Shown piece by piece: positions 35,971 to 46,530 of a DNA stretch of 64,000 nucleotides; the stretch's first letter is position 1, and each line of letters begins with the position of its first letter. Under the pieces are notes generated by a model. The model was not told the DNA's origin and did no database searches. It worked only from the letters and a program-made list of their open reading frames with translations. Made by a program: the position numbers and the translations under genes. The stretch is from Amoebophrya sp. A120. Taxonomy: Eukaryota > Protista > Dinoflagellata. The stretch spans positions 496,001 to 560,000 of the forward strand of contig CAJINV010000009.1 of NCBI GenBank assembly GCA_905178155.1. Reading direction: 5' to 3'.

Positions 35971-38900
35971 ATGACCCACTGCGGGATCTCCATCTTCCGA
36001 TTTTGCGTCCATGCGCCCTTTAGCGTTTCTCTGAAAAAAGCACCAACAATGCTCGGCGGCTTCACGCGCCTGATCCTGCCATCTGTCGTGGCGTGGGCAC
36101 GGCGAGTCTTCTCAAGCGCAGTGGCGCTTGCATCACGAATACTCGGCGCAAAATTTTTTTCCGGCTTCATCAATGGCAGTGCTGTCAAACCCTTTCTCAC
36201 ACTGCCCTGGATGCAGCTTTTCCTGAATGTGGGCAACGAAAAACTTGGCTGGACACTTTATAGCGGCGTAGGTTCAGATGAGAATGAGACTGGCAAGCCC
36301 ACCACTACCGCTGATGGTTCGGCCACGAAAAGCACAGCCGGCGCGACTTCTACTACGGGCAAAAATGCTGATCCAGCAGCGCCTACTACGACACTTCTGC
36401 ATGAAGACGAGGTCCCGCCCGATTTTGTTTGGGCACAGTTCGTGAACCTTGCCGGGGATCGGTTTTTCCCGTTTTGGTTTTTCGAGGAGCAAAAGGTCAA
36501 AGTAGAGCGGAAAGATGTTTTGGACACTACCTTGGAGTTGGTAAAGTCCAAGTTTGTCGAGGAACGAGAGAACGTATCCAGGAAAAAACACACATCCACA
36601 TCCAACTTGTCATGCAAAACATACATAAAATTCTGTCTCTGTCATGCAAAAAATGGATGTGGATGGGTTTTTTTCTGTGGATAGAACGTTCGCAAGTTTT
36701 ACAGATGGCAGGAGGAGCGGAACAGGGCCATGATGGAGCACCAGTACTGGTTTTTCCGCGACATTCTGCACTGGTACGCGCTCTCTGAAGAGGGGAAGCC
36801 GGTGTTAGCGGGAACTGCGCAAGATGACAATGCAGGCGAAAGCACAACAGCTTCTGCTGTCGGAAAACCGCAAGGAAAAGGAGAGACAAAAAATGAAGCC
36901 AAACAAATAACAATAAGATCACCTCCTTCGCAGGCTACGACGAGCACAGCGGTAGGTCAAGGAGAAGGAGCTGCTAGTGAGACTTCTCGGGACGCACAAC
37001 CACAAGATTTGAACGAGGGAGACGAGAACAAGTGTGACGCTCAGTATCGGGCCCGGGCGGACGAGGCCTCCACCAGCACAATGAAAGACCGTTTAGTAGA
37101 AGAACTCGCTGGAGTATCCGTGTCGACGAGTAGTACAACCAGCTCAACGAGCGCAGGAACCGGCTGCAACGAGGATGAAAATGCAGCAGCAACAAGAAGT
37201 TGTTTATCTTCAACTTCCGGCTCCGAAGATGTCGATAGCGAAGGGGCGTCGAAGCAGGGCCAGGCACAAGATCAAGGGGACCACGAGGCTGAAGTTGAAC
37301 AAGAGCCTTCAAATAGTACGATAGAAGCGCAAGTAGATGAACGAGAAAACGGCCTGCATCCGGCCGACGAAGAGCCTGCGCCGCTGTACTGCAAGCTGCT
37401 GGAGATCGAGGTGCGACTGCTGGATTCCGAGCAGCGCGAGCTGGAGGAGTACCAGACCCGGCTGCGCGCCGGCGGTCCCGACAGCCCGGACCACAGCGTG
37501 TTGCTCGAGGAGAGGACGCTGCTGCTCCGGTTCTGGGAGGTGGAAAACCAGCTGGATTCCACGTTCCAGCACTGCCAGGGCACGTTCAACAAGTGGAAAC
37601 GGAGCAAAGACAGCTCGGAGGCGATCGGCAAAGAGCTGCAGAAAGCCCATCCGGATTTTAACGAGCAAATTGCGCACCTGTGGGAGCAGAATCGGGTGGC
37701 GCAGCGCGGCGCTGTCGGCACGAGAAGGGCATTTGAGAACCAGCGCCGGGGCGTCGGGAAGGAATTCACGAAGACGGCCACCCTGCAGGTTTTCATGGAC
37801 ATATCTGCTGAGTTTGTCGTGTTTGTCGACGGGAAATTTGTCGGGCTGATGAAGGACTTCCGCGAGTGCATGCGGGGCACCACCTGGGCTTTGTGTCACC
37901 TCACGCCCGAGGTTATGAAGGAAGACGAGAACGGCGTGCTCTTTTTCAACCAACTAATACCGGTGATTGGCAGGTTCTACCGTTTTGACAAATACAAGTG
38001 CGACATACCGTTGGACGAGGACGAAACAGTTGGCTCTGCGCCTAATCCGACCACCTTGGCCGACCAAAAGAAAAGCACGGTCACTGGCGCAACCATTCGT
38101 CGTGAATGCACCGGTCCTGCGCCCTCCTTTCGGCTGCTGCGTTGCGGGGAGTCGGACAGTGCGGGACACGTGGCGGGCGGGCAAGCAGCGGGAACGCAGG
38201 CGGGGGACGAGCCGGAGAGTCACATTGTCCACGCACACCGGAAATGCGTAATTTTGCAGCAACTGCAGCGCCTTGCCTCTCTGCACTCGCCCGCGTGCCG
38301 TGCACAGTACGCACTCGGGTCAATGCCGCTGATGAAGTCCCTCTCGCAGTTGTCAAAGAGGAAGAGACCACTCACAGGCACAACTGACTCATCTACCATT
38401 ACTGCTGCAACCGCTTCTACACCGAGCACAGAGAGGACAGAGCCGCCCGAGGGCGGAGCTGCTTCGGCAAGAGCGACGGCACCTTCATCGCCATCACGAG
38501 AATCGGAAAAGAAAGCGCCCGAGGTAGCAGCAGACGAACCTTTCCCAGTCAGATCAGAACAAGATTTGACGACGATGACGCGCGCGTTGGCGGATTTGAA
38601 AAACGCCTACCCGTCGGAATTTATCGTCGCGCCGTATTTCTGCACCAGTGACGACGATCTGTTGTTTGTCCTGCAAGGGAAACAAGACGGCGAGGACGAA
38701 GAGGAGGACGTGGCGACACCAAACGAATGCCAAACACTGCTAGACCACGTCGACACTCCTTGCGGTTCAAGTGGTTTTGGGCGAGACGAGGGATACAACT
38801 TCCGTGAATCCGAATACAAGCAATGCCTTTATGATTCGCGAGAGAAGCGGTCGCCAAGTCCACGAGGCCCGATTTCAGGACTTGCTTCGACGCCAGAGAG

Positions 38901-39636
38901 TAGACGCTTCGCCTTGGCAGAAGGTCCTCGTAAAGCCGCAGCAAAAACCGCAAAGACAGGCGTTGAAGATGCGAGTCCCAATTCCCCGGACGAAGACGCT
39001 GCGCGGCCATACAGCGCCGGATCGGCGCTAACACTAACACATTCTGACGAGAAGAAGGAGTGCATCTCGGAGACCGAGACAACGTCATCGTCTCATTTAA
39101 CAACCACAAGCGCAACAAGTAGTTCGAGCAGTTCGACGGGGCGATCTCCTGCAACTACGGCAGGCTCGAGTTGTTGTTCGAGCCCCAGCGTGGTAGAAGC
39201 CGAAGCTGCTGCAGGCAACCCCTCCTTGTCGAACAACAAAACAAAAGATGATCATGATCAAGACAAAGACTGCAGCAGCCCTGGCGGGGGCGAGGACGGT
39301 CCATCCCTCGACGTGTACAATGTGGGCGTCTTGATAAAGAACACGGAGTACCTGTTTCACAACGCAGGAGAAGCAAGCGAAAGAAATCTCTCTGTAACAG
39401 AAGCAGGCCCATCTGGCACAGGAGCGGCGCAGCAGCGGCCCCTTCATCCCGTGCACGTGCTCGAACTTCCGGACGACATGTCGGCCCATTTGCAGCCCAC
39501 GTTCACGAAGGAAGAGTGGACCAAGATGCAGCGAGAAGGCAGTCGCGCAGCACTAAACACGGAGATCGACCACGTCATCAATAACAACTACTGGCTCATG
39601 GCACCAGCTCCTGGAAATCAGACTGCCGCGACATGA
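35971..39636 (+). CDS. Family B protein, copy B1 (exons ~36049-36574 and 36689-39636), uncharacterised
   Basis: Two ORFs join in frame after removing introner 4 (ERENV-RKFYRWQEERNRAMMEHQY). Motifs FVNLAGD, LYCKLLEIEVRLLD, QVFMDI..FVVFVDG, FRLLRCGE, MTRALADLKNAYP..APY. Confidence 0.85.
36575..36683. mobile_element. Introner element 4 (intron in B1), 109 bp
   Basis: TSD GAACG at 36570-36574 and 36684-36688; 30-bp TIR at 25/30 (TATCCAGGAAAAAACACACATCCACATCCA); two TGTCATGC inside. Confidence 0.92.
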
Positions 39637-39992
39637 GGAAATTACTGCGCTGGATTTGGAGGTTGGTGTCGTTGTTGTTCAGCTCCAAGAGTGAGAGTCA
39701 ATCGACTTGTTCTGCAGTGGCCAGTGTCCTATCGTCGTGACTGTTATGGTCCTTGCCTTCTTGAGGCGCTCCACAATTTAAATTTTGTTTTTCCGCGAGC
39801 AGTTTTCAAGAGCCGCAACAGTGTTCCTTTAAAACGCACATCGGTGTACTCTTGCGTGAAAAGGAAGCTGTCCGCGGAACGACCTTGCCAAGAGATCATA
39901 CATTTTGATCCTATACGCTTTTCCGTTTTTCTTTCTGAAACTCGCGGCCAGTAGTTTTTCACGGTCCTACGTTTTCGTGTTGCAGGCGTTTT

Positions 39993-42896
39993 TTGTTTGT
40001 TTACTCGCAGAGACAAATAGTAAAACTCAGCCGTTCATCTCCTCCTGCGGCCCTCCATCTCACCATCTTGTGTTTCAAGATGACAGATCATGGCGAAACG
40101 GATGTTGCCTCGTCCGCCCCCGCTCTGTCGGTGGACGAAGAAAAGAGGGACGGCGAAAGTAACTACAATGCAGCTAAAACTGCAGAGGAGCCATGTGCTG
40201 CTCTGTTTGACGAAAATAACAGAAACAGTAGTCAACAACCTTCACCGGACCACGAGCAGCCTGCAGAAGGACAGGGAGGCGAAAGAACTACGGAAAAGGC
40301 TGGCGCAAAAGATGAAGCTGCATCAACTCGTATCACGTACATGCAACAGTATGAGGATAGCGAATTTTTGAATCTCCGCGCGATTCTTGAACACGCACTC
40401 AAGATTGTCTTGAAGAAACCTGATCCCGATGAGAAAGAGAAAGCCAAAGGCTCGACCTCTACCTCTGCGAAGGCACCAGAGCAGGGGAAAGGCGTGGAAG
40501 GCGGTGGAAACGATAAGAAAGACAGCGCGAAGACTGCTAGTGCTCAGCATACTGAAGAGAAGCAAAATGAGACAGATACTTCTTCCGCTCCTACAGACGA
40601 GGGATCGAAGAACGCAACCGTCGACGGTGAAGAAGCAAACCCTGATGCTGCTGCGCAGCCGAAACTGCAGGATTATGCAGACACAAAACAAGCAAACGAG
40701 GACGAGGCACCGAAGATTCGCATCAAGTTTGTGAACCTGGCGGGAGATCCGTTGTTGGAAGGAGACGTGACAAGTTTAGACAAGCGGTCATTGCGCGGGC
40801 TTTTTCTACAGAAACTCCACGAAGCGACCGACATGGAAGACGGCAGTTTACAGTATTGGACCGGTTCTTACACGGATGGCCTGGAAAGCTCCCTCGTTCG
40901 CATTTTGAGAGACCTGCATCCTTTGCACCCGAAAGATAAGCCGCTGCGGCCGAAGAGGCCGCCAGTTGATGAAACTGCGGACGAGCACGAAAACGAATCA
41001 ACCGAAAGTAAGCCCCAGAAGAAACAAGCGGACAATAACCACACCCGTACGCAGGTTGATGGCAGTGGCTCGACCGAACTATATTGCAAGTTGTTCGAGA
41101 TGAAGGTTCGTCTGCTCGACCAGGAGCGCGCTGACTTCAACAAGCAGACGATCGCCGACTGCGATCTGTCCAAGAGGCTGTTTGCGCACGTCTGGAAGGA
41201 GGAGTGGGAAACGGATGCGAAGCTCTTGAAAGCGTCGCAGTACCTGGCCCTCCTGCGCGACCCAGACAGCGATGCGGACCAGCGAAAGCTGGGTGCGGAG
41301 GAATACACCGAAAAGCAGTTGGAGGACATCATCGAGCGGTATCTGCAGACCCAGCGAGGTCGGTACGAGGTGTGGCGCACGCTTGACGAGGCGTTCGTGC
41401 GGATGGCGGCTACCCCGGAGATCACTATCTGGCCAACGCCCCCGGCGAAGCCAAATCTGTTGGAAGTGTTCATGGACATATACGGGGAGGGCCAGGTCTT
41501 CGTGGACGGCAAATTTATCGGCCCCGTCTGGATGCTGACCGACTGCCGTCGCGGTTTGCTGTGGGCGAACGAGCAAATCGCGACCGCGACGAAGAAGCTC
41601 CAGCAGCGCGCGGGAGATGTTGAAGGCGGTCGCGGAGGTGAGGATGGAGGACCAAGAACCTCAGAGGACGGTGAAAATAAAACTCGTCCAGAAATTGCTG
41701 ATTTTGTTGATGGAGAGCTGTCAGAAAATGACCAGAAAGCAACCGTCGAGAACGCGCTCCGGTACATTCACCTCTACAAGAGGCTAATCGTCCCGCCCGA
41801 CGGCTATTCCTGTTGCGGCATGGGGCCCGCATTTCGGTTGTTGCACTGTGGCGAGGACGCGGATAACAAAGATTACGATGGAAGGGAGAAAAGCTTTCTG
41901 GCCTCGAAACTGCTACGCTGCGGTCAGAGTGGTGTGTCGCCTGCTTGTTTCGTCCATTTCGCCCTGACGCAGCACAAGTACCGCGACGCAGGATCGGACG
42001 AAGAGGCAGAGATCATGCGGAAAGCGCTGCAATGTCTGAAAGACGAGCATCCCAATCTGTTTCTCCTTGCTCCCTACTCCTACGCCGGGCCGCACGACCT
42101 TAGTTTTGTCGTTTCCGAGCCGACTCCCGTCGATGAGAAAAATTCTACGGAGGTTCTGGTGCGGGAAGTAGAGGGTGGTGCGACGAGTACTGATAGCCCG
42201 GGCGTTGTTGAAAAAGCGGAAAGCTCCGACTCCGAGACATCAGGTAGCACCGCTCAGGAGAACGACATCACGGACAAACCAGATGAACCGGCTGGCACTG
42301 GGACTGCTAGTTCTGCTGATTTCGAGACCAATCAAAGTCCCGCGCTGTTTGATAAGAAGTCTCCCAGAAGTCTTGCGCCCTCATGCACCTCCCCCTGCCC
42401 GACTACAACGTCGTCTTCCCCACAGCCGGTCTCGTCCCCCGACACGATTTCGCCTGTTGTATGCGATGCTGCTTCCGCTCTAGTGTCTCAAACGGACGAC
42501 GCGAAAGACAAGCGGGAAAACGAACAAACAGTGCACGAAGGATGCAAACAGCTGGAATACGTCGTCACGGTCCTTGTCAATAACGCGTTTCGTGACCCCA
42601 CGCTGCCGGAATCTGCCAGCATTTTCTCTGACGAGGCTGGAGAAGAGGCATCGAAACACTTCCTGAAGACGGAGATGCTCTTCGAAAAACTCGAGCAGGT
42701 ACACAACCAGGTCGAATGGGCAAAACTGATTAAGAAGTTGGAGGCAAAGGCAGAGGCAAATCGAAAGCTAGCTGAGGCAGAAAAGGAAAAAGAATCTTCA
42801 GTCCCCGAGACCGAAAATAGTGCTTCTGGTGGGCTGAAGAGCGATCAAGCGGTCGCTCGTGATAGAGACACAGAAGTGAGTGACGTGGTCGAGTAG
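39993..42896 (+). CDS. Family B protein, copy B2 (likely start ATG 40080)
   Basis: 967-aa ORF with IKFVNLAGDP, LYCKLFEMKVRLLD, LLEVFMDIYGEGQVFVDG, FRLLHCGE, ALTQHKYR, LLAPY, VTVLVN. Confidence 0.88.
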   Translation: MFVYSQRQIVKLSRSSPPAALHLTILCFKMTDHGETDVASSAPALSVDEEKRDGESNYNAAKTAEEPCAALFDENNRNSSQQPSPDHEQPAEGQGGERTTEKAGAKDEAASTRITYMQQYEDSEFLNLRAILEHALKIVLKKPDPDEKEKAKGSTSTSAKAPEQGKGVEGGGNDKKDSAKTASAQHTEEKQNETDTSSAPTDEGSKNATVDGEEANPDAAAQPKLQDYADTKQANEDEAPKIRIKFVNLAGDPLLEGDVTSLDKRSLRGLFLQKLHEATDMEDGSLQYWTGSYTDGLESSLVRILRDLHPLHPKDKPLRPKRPPVDETADEHENESTESKPQKKQADNNHTRTQVDGSGSTELYCKLFEMKVRLLDQERADFNKQTIADCDLSKRLFAHVWKEEWETDAKLLKASQYLALLRDPDSDADQRKLGAEEYTEKQLEDIIERYLQTQRGRYEVWRTLDEAFVRMAATPEITIWPTPPAKPNLLEVFMDIYGEGQVFVDGKFIGPVWMLTDCRRGLLWANEQIATATKKLQQRAGDVEGGRGGEDGGPRTSEDGENKTRPEIADFVDGELSENDQKATVENALRYIHLYKRLIVPPDGYSCCGMGPAFRLLHCGEDADNKDYDGREKSFLASKLLRCGQSGVSPACFVHFALTQHKYRDAGSDEEAEIMRKALQCLKDEHPNLFLLAPYSYAGPHDLSFVVSEPTPVDEKNSTEVLVREVEGGATSTDSPGVVEKAESSDSETSGSTAQENDITDKPDEPAGTGTASSADFETNQSPALFDKKSPRSLAPSCTSPCPTTTSSSPQPVSSPDTISPVVCDAASALVSQTDDAKDKRENEQTVHEGCKQLEYVVTVLVNNAFRDPTLPESASIFSDEAGEEASKHFLKTEMLFEKLEQVHNQVEWAKLIKKLEAKAEANRKLAEAEKEKESSVPETENSASGGLKSDQAVARDRDTEVSDVVE

Positions 42897-43544
42897 GAGG
42901 TGCACGGAGTCCACCTACCTCGTGATCTTCAGGAAAAAATCATCGGGACAAAGATAGACAGTGTGGTTGCGTCAGTCCAAGACATTGCACCACACGTCCA
43001 GGCATCGTCATGGTAGTCGTCTCTTCCCTGCTGGAGGTGATAAATTTGCTGTCTTCTGGTGGTGCCCATGTGTACCCACACGCACAGGGTTCAACCAACG
43101 TCCCATGCCGTTCTGACGTTACTCTGCGCCCTCGGAATTTTTGGCACTGTACTTTGTCTGTGGTATCGTTTTTCGAAAGAGTCGCTACCGTTGTTGAGAA
43201 CATAGTTGCTTGGAAGTCGTGAGCGCACCGCTCCCATCGTTGATGCCGGAGTCCGTGGTGGCGTTGGGTCATCGTAATGCAACCGATTGGATGCTGTCGT
43301 TTTCGTTCTGGTGGTTCAGCTAGTTCGGCATCGCAACCTCGAATAAATACGTGATCGTTCTTGCCCATCAAGGATGTACTTCGGAAACCGAGAAAGTCGT
43401 CGCGCTTTCGTATTTTCGTTTATTTCGGTCGGTCCGGTCCGGTGTTTATGTCGTATTCATTGATTCCTACCAGATAATTGTTAGAAGTCTTCCGCTTCCG
43501 CACCACTAGAAGCCGGGTGGAGTTCACAAAGAGGGAAGATCAAG

Positions 43545-45680
43545 ATGGTGCAGCATCAGCCGCAGACGCAGCAACGTAGTTCTTTTCTCGACTTACTCTC
43601 CAAAGTCGTATGCTGTGGCTTCGGGGAGCCGAACGAAATAACGAAGAACGCCACCGGGAAGGAAGTCAAACCCACGTATTTTCATATCGAGTACGTCAAC
43701 CTTGCAGGAACGCCAATCGGACCCACTGACACCGTCACATTTGAAACCGGCAAGCCAATCGAACCGGATTTGCTTCGGGAGGACTTTGTGTCCCAGTTCG
43801 ACTACGCGTTTTACCGTTCTTCGACACCCGACGACCCGAACATGAGTGATTTTCTTGCAAGACAGTACACGATCAAGGACTTGGAGCAGTTTCGCGAAGT
43901 TCTTGCCGCCCACCCGCTCCCAGAAGGCAGCCGCTTGGCACCGACTAGGGAGAGACTGCAGGACACCACACAGGAGTTCGCCGCTGATATTCGCTCGCAG
44001 ATTGACTCAAACATCGCTAGTAGTGCTAACGTCCTTGCTGTGGAGCAGTCTAGCGGTAACCTGGACCTTTCGATTCCCGGTCCCCCACCTGAGAAGAAAA
44101 TTCCGCGCGGCACCGATCTGTACTGCAAGGTTTTGGACATGAAAGTGCACACCCTCCGGTCGAAGCAAGAGCTCTTTAGGGAGCTCGCTCGCCTTCGTTC
44201 AGCTGGGGAGCCGAGTGTTGTGAACACGTTTTCATCAGAAGGCCTGGACATTCACGTGGCGAAGTTTTACCGTAGTGATAACAATGTCGACGTACTTTTC
44301 CGTCGCGTGCACAAGGATTTTCTCGATGGCCTCGGCGGTAAATATCAGGCGGCGCTTTCTAAACTTGCTCAGGAAACTCCGGCCGACCCGGATTTGGAGC
44401 GGGAAGAAGCAGACTTTCGTGGTTACATCGCCGCTGCCTGCGGTAACCTCACGGGGCTTGCGGACACCGAAGAAACAATGTTCCAGTGGGGGGAACAGCT
44501 GAAGCGAGCTTTTCTCAGGTTTCCTCCATCCTGCAGCGCTGTGCGCAAGTGCATGCTCGAGCCGTCTTTACTTGAGGTTTTTCTCGATGTTTGTGGCGAC
44601 TTTCGAGTTTTCATCGACAGTCGTCCCGCAGGCCTGTTGACGAACCTCAAGGAGTGCTCGGCCGGTAGCGACTGGGCTTATAGCCACCTGAGCACCCTCC
44701 TGTCGCCTTTGCCGAAGCAACATTCCGACAACGGTCCGCCCCCTAACATAGGGCGCTATTGGACTACCGGAGAAGGCGACTCCTTTCGTTTGCCGATGCG
44801 GGGGGAAGCCGGCTGGACGGCAAGTGAGGAACAAAAGGAGTGGACTATGAAGAGCTGGACCAAGTGTTTCCACCTACGCAGACTCCAGCGACTGAGCAAA
44901 CTGCCAAATCGGGCCACCCGGGCACACCTCGCGCTCACGGTGAACAAGTACCGCCTGGCCCCAGCCGACGAAGAGTGTGATATCATGTCACGGGCGCTGT
45001 GCTGTCTCCAAGAGAAGTACCAATCGGAGTGCTTCTACGCACCGTACTTGATCGCGGACGCGGAGGATCTGATTTTCATTCCCGACGATCATCCACGAGC
45101 TAGTGATGTGACTACCCCCGACGCATCAGCTCCAGGAGAAACGTCGTCAACGTCGGCAGGATCGAGTGATAGCGAAGCTTCCAGCGTTGCGTCGTCGTCG
45201 CGGACACAGACTCCAACCGACGACGGTGAAGCGACGCCGACGGTGCTGTCTAGCGACGGCGCCACCGACTGTTCCCACCATCACAGAAAGAAGGATGAGG
45301 TTCCTGCACAAAATCACGCTGCATCCTCGTCCGGCGAAACCAGCGCCGGGACCAGTGATGGTGACGAGCAAACAAGCTGCCAGGCGCAGGCCAGAACTGG
45401 CTCAGACCGGAAATTGAAGGAGCAATGCGACATGACGAGTAGCGGAAAAAGCGGCGATGATATTGATGAAAACAAAAGAATAGTCACCGTTGTGATCAAT
45501 ACCAACTACATTCGGCCGGGGACTGCGGACGACGAAGGGGCCCGTGGCTTCGCCCTCTGGGAGGTGCTAGACAAGGAGGCATCAAACAAGCTGTTTGCCA
45601 TACGGAGAACCAAGTATGCCGCGGAGCTACAGCAATTTATTTCTGTTTCTCACTCAGCGTCGTCTTCGCGCCGGCCCTAG
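43545..45680 (+). CDS. Family B protein, copy B3
   Basis: 711-aa ORF with EYVNLAGT, LYCKVLDMKV, LLEVFLDVCGDFRVFID, ALTVNKYR, YAPY, VTVVIN. Confidence 0.88.
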   Translation: MVQHQPQTQQRSSFLDLLSKVVCCGFGEPNEITKNATGKEVKPTYFHIEYVNLAGTPIGPTDTVTFETGKPIEPDLLREDFVSQFDYAFYRSSTPDDPNMSDFLARQYTIKDLEQFREVLAAHPLPEGSRLAPTRERLQDTTQEFAADIRSQIDSNIASSANVLAVEQSSGNLDLSIPGPPPEKKIPRGTDLYCKVLDMKVHTLRSKQELFRELARLRSAGEPSVVNTFSSEGLDIHVAKFYRSDNNVDVLFRRVHKDFLDGLGGKYQAALSKLAQETPADPDLEREEADFRGYIAAACGNLTGLADTEETMFQWGEQLKRAFLRFPPSCSAVRKCMLEPSLLEVFLDVCGDFRVFIDSRPAGLLTNLKECSAGSDWAYSHLSTLLSPLPKQHSDNGPPPNIGRYWTTGEGDSFRLPMRGEAGWTASEEQKEWTMKSWTKCFHLRRLQRLSKLPNRATRAHLALTVNKYRLAPADEECDIMSRALCCLQEKYQSECFYAPYLIADAEDLIFIPDDHPRASDVTTPDASAPGETSSTSAGSSDSEASSVASSSRTQTPTDDGEATPTVLSSDGATDCSHHHRKKDEVPAQNHAASSSGETSAGTSDGDEQTSCQAQARTGSDRKLKEQCDMTSSGKSGDDIDENKRIVTVVINTNYIRPGTADDEGARGFALWEVLDKEASNKLFAIRRTKYAAELQQFISVSHSASSSRRP

Positions 45681-46530
45681 TGCTTGTTTTATGGTTTTTT
45701 GAAAGCTTGCTGACTTCTTACACAGGTTGAATGTACGTAATGCACCTACAGCTCGATGTATGTTCTTGTTGTCGAGAAAATTAAAATTATCATGTAGAAT
45801 GAATAGAAATGCGTAAATGTACTTCGTGCGGACGACGTTTAGATATTGTGCTAGTTTGGGAAAATGCAAGAAGCTTGAGCACGTGAGCGGGTTAGGGTTT
45901 CTCGACAGAGGTAACCCAGGCGCAACAAAGAATCAGGCGCAGCTGCAATCTCAGACGGACGGCACCAGTTGAGAAGTATAAAAGCACAGAGTTGTACATC
46001 CTTTTATCTTCGATGTTGTAAATGCAAGATGGATCATCTTGAAACAAATTTGCTCCACTGGATGTGCTTCTGTTTCAGTGTGGAAGGGTCGTGGTCACCG
46101 TGACTGCAAAAGCCTTGGCACGTTCGGACAACGTCTCTTCACATGAATATCGATCGTTTATTTGTGCGTTCACCGACGAAGTGCGAATGACCTTGCCTTC
46201 GTTTTGATAGAAGGGCTGTCCTCATGGATAAGCACTCGTATATACACAGGCGTTGCCTGATGTTTCGCCGTCGTCGTCTGCGCTATGATGCTGAGTATTT
46301 CGATATGAGGGCGATACGACTCGAGAGATATCGTGGCTGTCGTTCCCCTCGTTCCCGCGGCATGTCAATGACCTGCTGGAGAATATGAAGGACGGGTTCT
46401 TTCTATGGGCGGCGTCTAAGGTCAGTTCATTGTGATATTCAAAGAAACGATATTGATACGACAATTTTTTCTCAAGTTCTTAGGTATTTGTTTTCTAGCC
46501 TAAGAATGGAAACAATTATGGTGTGATTTT

